Program-made: the position numbers and the translations under genes
Assembly (NCBI GenBank): GCA_050742375.1
Contig: JBOGHY010000059.1
Coordinates: 1-46,133 of the forward strand
From: Acidimicrobiales bacterium
Lineage (GTDB): Bacteria; Actinomycetota; Acidimicrobiia; Acidimicrobiales; Bog-793
Length of the DNA: 46,133 nt
Direction: 5' to 3'
In this document: positions 42,728 through 46,133 of the stretch, one piece after another
How the letters are laid out: the number at the start of each line of letters is the position of its first letter
Numbering within the stretch: the stretch's first letter is position 1
The notes under the pieces: model-generated
Told to the model about the DNA's origin: nothing
What the model saw: the letters and a program-made list of their open reading frames with translations, nothing else
Databases searched by the model: none

Positions 42728-43381
42728 GCCTTCCTCCTTCCTCGATTTCCAGCTCTATCAGCCAGAAACCGTAGGCGGGAGAAGGCGTGTTGCCGCGTCA
42801 GACCGGCTCAGCGACCCACGAAAGCGACACAAGACCCGAACTTCCCTCCCCGCCTTCTCAGGTCAATGTTTCGGCAGGTCGATCTGCCTCAGGCATTGTT
42901 GACACAGAGGGAACAGTGGCATTCGAAGGGCGAAGCGACCGGGGTGAAGACGCACGACTTTGTCGACAAAGAGTTCGGACGAGCTGATCGCCGTCGCGAC
43001 GACCTCGCCGGGGTTGCGGATCCATGCCGAACTCGACGAAGCTGCTAGGGCACCGGCGTGAAGGTCTCCGACAAAGTGCTTGCCGCCATCTCGCTACGCC
43101 TTGCACGACTTCCACGGCGACTGGAACTACACTATCAGCCCGCGGACTGCGCATTCAAACCAGCGGTGGCGAGGCCCCCGACCTCAAGCGCGGGTATTCC
43201 CGGGTATCTGCTGACAGATAGCCGCTCATTCCAGAAGAACCTCTTTCCCCTATCCCGATCACGAGCGGGTTGACTGATCGGGGCTAAGGTTGGGCTAAGG
43301 TGGCTTGACCGGTCGAGAGGTGCCAGGGACAGCCAGCGTGTCGGCAAGCCCGCTCGCGACAACGACCGGCATGAAGGGGCA

Positions 43382-44521
43382 GTGGTGACGAGTAAGGTGG
43401 CATTGGAAGTACGCGTGGAGGCCACGCCGCTTACGTTTCTCACGTGGCATCTCATTGCAGGCCTGTCACTGTTGCATGCCACCGACGAGGTAAAGGTCAT
43501 ATTCAAACCTCCTAGTCCTAAGAATCGCTCGCATTTGTCAACTCCCCGAATCCGGTCGCCTTGTGTGAAGATGCAAGTGCGTGATAGGTCTGCTGACACG
43601 TTGTTATCAGTTTGTCTCGATCTAGGTGACGGTCCAGATATCAGTCCGGCTTGTCTAGATTCTTCAGTCGACGTGATCTTTAAGAGATCCCTCGTCGGCA
43701 GGTCATCGAGGCCATCGGGAAAGCGAGTGCTTCCCTATGGACTCGTGTTCGAGTGTCGAAGTGGTCATGAGGGCTTATTGCTTCAGCATTCATTACGGTC
43801 TATACAAGGTCTCTGTCCACCAGCCGACATTCAGGATATAAAGCTCATTGGATGGACCTTGAAAACCACCGGTCGCCTGGTGGCAGGTCGATGGTGGAAC
43901 ACGAAAGAGTTGCCTCGACGTCTTGCTCAATACGAGCACCACTCTGACGCACCCGCTGAAGAAGCGATCTTCTTTCAGACCCGTGTCTGGGATCCAAGTC
44001 TCGGCTCCGACCCGGTTGATCGACAGCGTGTCAATGGTGTCCGAGTCCAAACGATACGGACGCTCAAGCGTACCTTTGGCAAGCGCTTTGTTGGGGGACT
44101 TGTGCCCTCTCGCTACGCGATTGCTACATATCCCGATTGTATAACATCATGGGGCAGTGACAACAACCAATATACCGCGCAGCTGCGCCGCTGTGCTATT
44201 GCGGTCTCGACCACCGGCCTGTTTGGCTCAGTTCCATTTAAAATTCCCGAGTATTTGGCCGCCGCACGAGCTATAGTCACGGAGCCACTGAGAGTAATAT
44301 TGCCTAGACAACTCCGGGCGGAAGGAGAAATCTTAACCTTTGCCACCGCGAGCGAATGTGTCGAACAGTGCGATCGCCTGCTAGCGATGCCCAGGCTTCG
44401 GAATGCACTCCGTAGGAACGCTGCTGAGTACTACGTACACAACGTTCGCCCCGATTCTCTACTCAGAGGCCGGTTCCGGGACCTGCGAGCTGAGGGTCCA
44501 CCGCAGATTAGCCGAGGTTAG
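43382..44521 (+). CDS. hypothetical protein with a C-terminal region resembling CgeB/Glyco_trans_1_2-type glycosyltransferases
   Basis: 379-aa ORF in a lower-GC patch. The C-terminus AVSTTGLFGSVPFKIPEYLAAARAIVTEPL...FATASECVEQCDRLLAMPRLRNALRRNAAEYY resembles that domain as recalled. The start is uncertain, and the gene is isolated between mobile elements. Confidence 0.4.
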   Translation: MVTSKVALEVRVEATPLTFLTWHLIAGLSLLHATDEVKVIFKPPSPKNRSHLSTPRIRSPCVKMQVRDRSADTLLSVCLDLGDGPDISPACLDSSVDVIFKRSLVGRSSRPSGKRVLPYGLVFECRSGHEGLLLQHSLRSIQGLCPPADIQDIKLIGWTLKTTGRLVAGRWWNTKELPRRLAQYEHHSDAPAEEAIFFQTRVWDPSLGSDPVDRQRVNGVRVQTIRTLKRTFGKRFVGGLVPSRYAIATYPDCITSWGSDNNQYTAQLRRCAIAVSTTGLFGSVPFKIPEYLAAARAIVTEPLRVILPRQLRAEGEILTFATASECVEQCDRLLAMPRLRNALRRNAAEYYVHNVRPDSLLRGRFRDLRAEGPPQISRG

Positions 44522-44675
44522 CCGCGATCGGTCAAGCTACTGATTGTGGGAATGTCAAGAGCCCGGAGTGCTGGCTCTTCCGGTTTCAGTCCCGATGGCC
44601 TGGCGGCCACCCACGATGAATGAAATGCTGGTGCTGGCTGTCGAGCAAAGTCGCCGAGCCCCGATTGCAGTCTGA

Positions 44676-46133
44676 GGTGCCGTCCCATCCGCGGTGTAAA
44701 TAGACGACGGGCGTAGGTTCCTTCCAAAGCTTCCAACCCAAGAAGGAGACCCACACCCGTGTCCACCCGAGTATCACCCATCCAGCGCATCCGCGCCGAC
44801 ATCGACGAGCTTTTCGCCTCCGACCGGGACCTCGGCGACGTCCTCGAGGACGTCGCCCGCCTCGGCGTCCGCCTGTTGATGCAGACGGCCCTCGAGGCCG
44901 AGGTCACCGAGTTCTTCGGGCGGGAGCGCTACGCCCGGGGCAAGCGTGATCGAAAAGGGAGCCGCAACGGCTACTGCCCGACGACCATAAAGACGACTGC
45001 CGGCCCGGTCACACTCGATCGCCCGAAGCTGCGAGGCACCGACGGCAAGTTCGCCTCCCGCCTGCTAGGCATCGGCGTCTGCCGGACGAACGCCTTGGAG
45101 TCGCTCGTCATCGCCGGCTTCATCCGAGGACTGTCGGTCCGCGACGTCGAGGCGAGCCTGGCCGATGCCCTCGGCGCCGAGGCGACGCTCTCGAAGTCGA
45201 CGGTGAGCCGCATCTGCGAGGCGATCAAGGACGAGTTCGAGGTCTGGTCGAAGCGCGACCTCTCGGACCTGCGGCTCGACTACCTGTTCTTGGACGGAAG
45301 CCACTTCAAGTTCCACGAGGGGGCGGCCTCCGAGCCGGTGCTGGCGGCCTGGGGAATCACGAGCGACGGCGAGCCCGTCCTCGTCGGCCTGGCGCCCGGG
45401 AGCACCGAGTCGCACGACGCCTGGGCCGACTTCTTGCGAGAGCTCGTCCTCCGCGGCCTCACCCCGCCCCTCCTCGTCGTCTCCGACGGGGCAGCCGGGT
45501 TGATCGGGGCGGTCGAGTTCGTCTTCGGCCGCTCGCTTCGCCAAAGATGCCTCATCCACCGCTGCCGCAACATCTTGGCCAAGGTGCCGGCGAGCGCCCA
45601 GGCCGAGGTGAAGGCCGCCTTCTGGAAGCTGTTCGACGACGTCACGTCCGAGCCGGGCCAGGGCGCCGTCGAGGAGGTGCGCCGGAGGATCGCGGCGTTC
45701 GCCAAGCACTACGGCACCACCTACCCGGCCGCTGTCAAGTGCCTCCTTGCCGACGTCGAGTCCCTCACCGTCTACCTCCGCTTCCCGAGAGAGCACTGGA
45801 AGCGGATCCGCCACTCCAACTTCATCGAGCGCACCTTCGGCGAGACCCGCCGCCGGGTGAAGGTCATCGGCCGGCTGCCCGGGGAGCGGAGCTGCCTCAG
45901 CCTCGTGTGGGCTGTTCTCGACCGAGGGTCGCGGGGATGGCGAGGCGTGCAGCACAACCCGGCCACCACCCGACTGCTGGCAGACCTGCGTCACCAGCTG
46001 CTCGACCCGCCCGTGTCTATCACCGCCAAGAAGGATGAGGAGAACGCCGTCACAAGGACTGATACAGCAGTCGCGTAAAGTCAGACAAGGAGCCGCCGCT
46101 CGCCGTCTTTTACACCGTCAGCGGGACGCCACC
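44676..46133 (+). mobile_element. IS256-family insertion sequence (1458 bp), complete, ending at the window edge
   Basis: The left inverted repeat is GGTGCCGTCCCATCCGCGGTGTAAATAGACG... (44676 onward). The reverse complement of the last ~45 nt is GGTGGCGTCCCGCTGACGGTGTAAAAGACG.... There is a single Mutator-type transposase ORF. Confidence 0.85.
44759..46078 (+). CDS. IS256-family (Mutator-type) transposase
   Basis: 439 aa. Family motifs present are EAEVTEFFGRERYARG, RNGYCPTTIKTTAGPVTLDRPKLRG, LDYLFLDGSHFKFH, LLVVSDGAAGLIGAVEFVFGRSLRQRCLIHRCRNILAKVP and SNFIERTFGETRRRVKV. It has a GTG start with AAGGAG upstream. Confidence 0.9.
   Translation: MSTRVSPIQRIRADIDELFASDRDLGDVLEDVARLGVRLLMQTALEAEVTEFFGRERYARGKRDRKGSRNGYCPTTIKTTAGPVTLDRPKLRGTDGKFASRLLGIGVCRTNALESLVIAGFIRGLSVRDVEASLADALGAEATLSKSTVSRICEAIKDEFEVWSKRDLSDLRLDYLFLDGSHFKFHEGAASEPVLAAWGITSDGEPVLVGLAPGSTESHDAWADFLRELVLRGLTPPLLVVSDGAAGLIGAVEFVFGRSLRQRCLIHRCRNILAKVPASAQAEVKAAFWKLFDDVTSEPGQGAVEEVRRRIAAFAKHYGTTYPAAVKCLLADVESLTVYLRFPREHWKRIRHSNFIERTFGETRRRVKVIGRLPGERSCLSLVWAVLDRGSRGWRGVQHNPATTRLLADLRHQLLDPPVSITAKKDEENAVTRTDTAVA

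Larger units (their letters stand above)
36986..42845 (-). mobile_element. ISL3-family insertion sequence (about 1.4 kb proper) carrying a 4.46-kb nested insertion
   Basis: The imperfect terminal inverted repeats are GGAACTTCCGGGTCTACTGACGGTTTCGTGGGTC (36986-37019) and GACCCACGAAAGCGACACAAGACCCGAACTTCC (42813-42845). The two halves of the transposase gene lie at 42212-42727 and 37018-37761. No flanking 8-bp duplication was seen. Confidence 0.75.

Noticed and set aside
43268-43300. Short tandem GGGCTAAGGT x2 motif upstream of the orphan glycosyltransferase-like gene
   Set aside because: It has only two 10-nt copies with no further periodicity or palindromy, which is too little to call a regulatory site.
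45065-45994. 309-aa ORF antisense to the IS256 transposase
   Set aside because: It is an antisense artefact of high-GC coding sequence with no family similarity.

Overview
This is a 46.1-kb high-GC window with Actinomycetota-like coding style: GC3-rich ORFs, many GTG starts and 4-nt start/stop overlaps. No rRNA, tRNA or CRISPR array was recognised.

Positions 1-30.9 kb are a cell-envelope polysaccharide locus. It contains an ABC-2 exporter pair, a GT4-GNAT fusion, a WecA/MraY-family initiating transferase and a DegT-type aminotransferase. It also contains a Wzz/BY-kinase-like protein, a second GT4, an AsnB-type amidotransferase, an SDR epimerase, a GT2, a Wzy-like membrane protein and a beta-helix protein.

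Embedded at 13.2-20.6 kb is an unusual peptide/protein-modification-like module. It has three PqqD-like (RiPP recognition element) ORFs, two head-to-head HPr-kinase-like P-loop proteins and a PF14907-type nucleotidyltransferase. Next to them are two small secreted-looking Cys/Ser/Thr/Gly-rich ORFs that share a nearly identical twin-arginine leader but have unrelated C-terminal regions. Two tandem atypical LuxR-type regulators lie just upstream. This module is the best candidate for an undescribed system.

The convergent wecA/degT junction has been duplicated as 221-bp direct repeats around a 3.4-kb lower-GC insert. The insert carries a WbsX-like gene, an ISL3 remnant and a frameshifted TylF-type methyltransferase. 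One repeat copy is itself split by an IS1380-family element with a CTAG target duplication.

Positions 30.9-46.1 kb are a nest of mobile DNA:
- an IS630-family element with TA duplication and a damaged transposase;
- a conserved 542-aa ORF split in frame by a group II intron;
- an IS3-family remnant;
- an ISL3-family element whose transposase gene is interrupted by a 4.46-kb three-gene tyrosine-recombinase (Tn554-like) element;
- an orphan lower-GC glycosyltransferase-like gene;
- a complete IS256-family element whose right inverted repeat ends exactly at the window edge.
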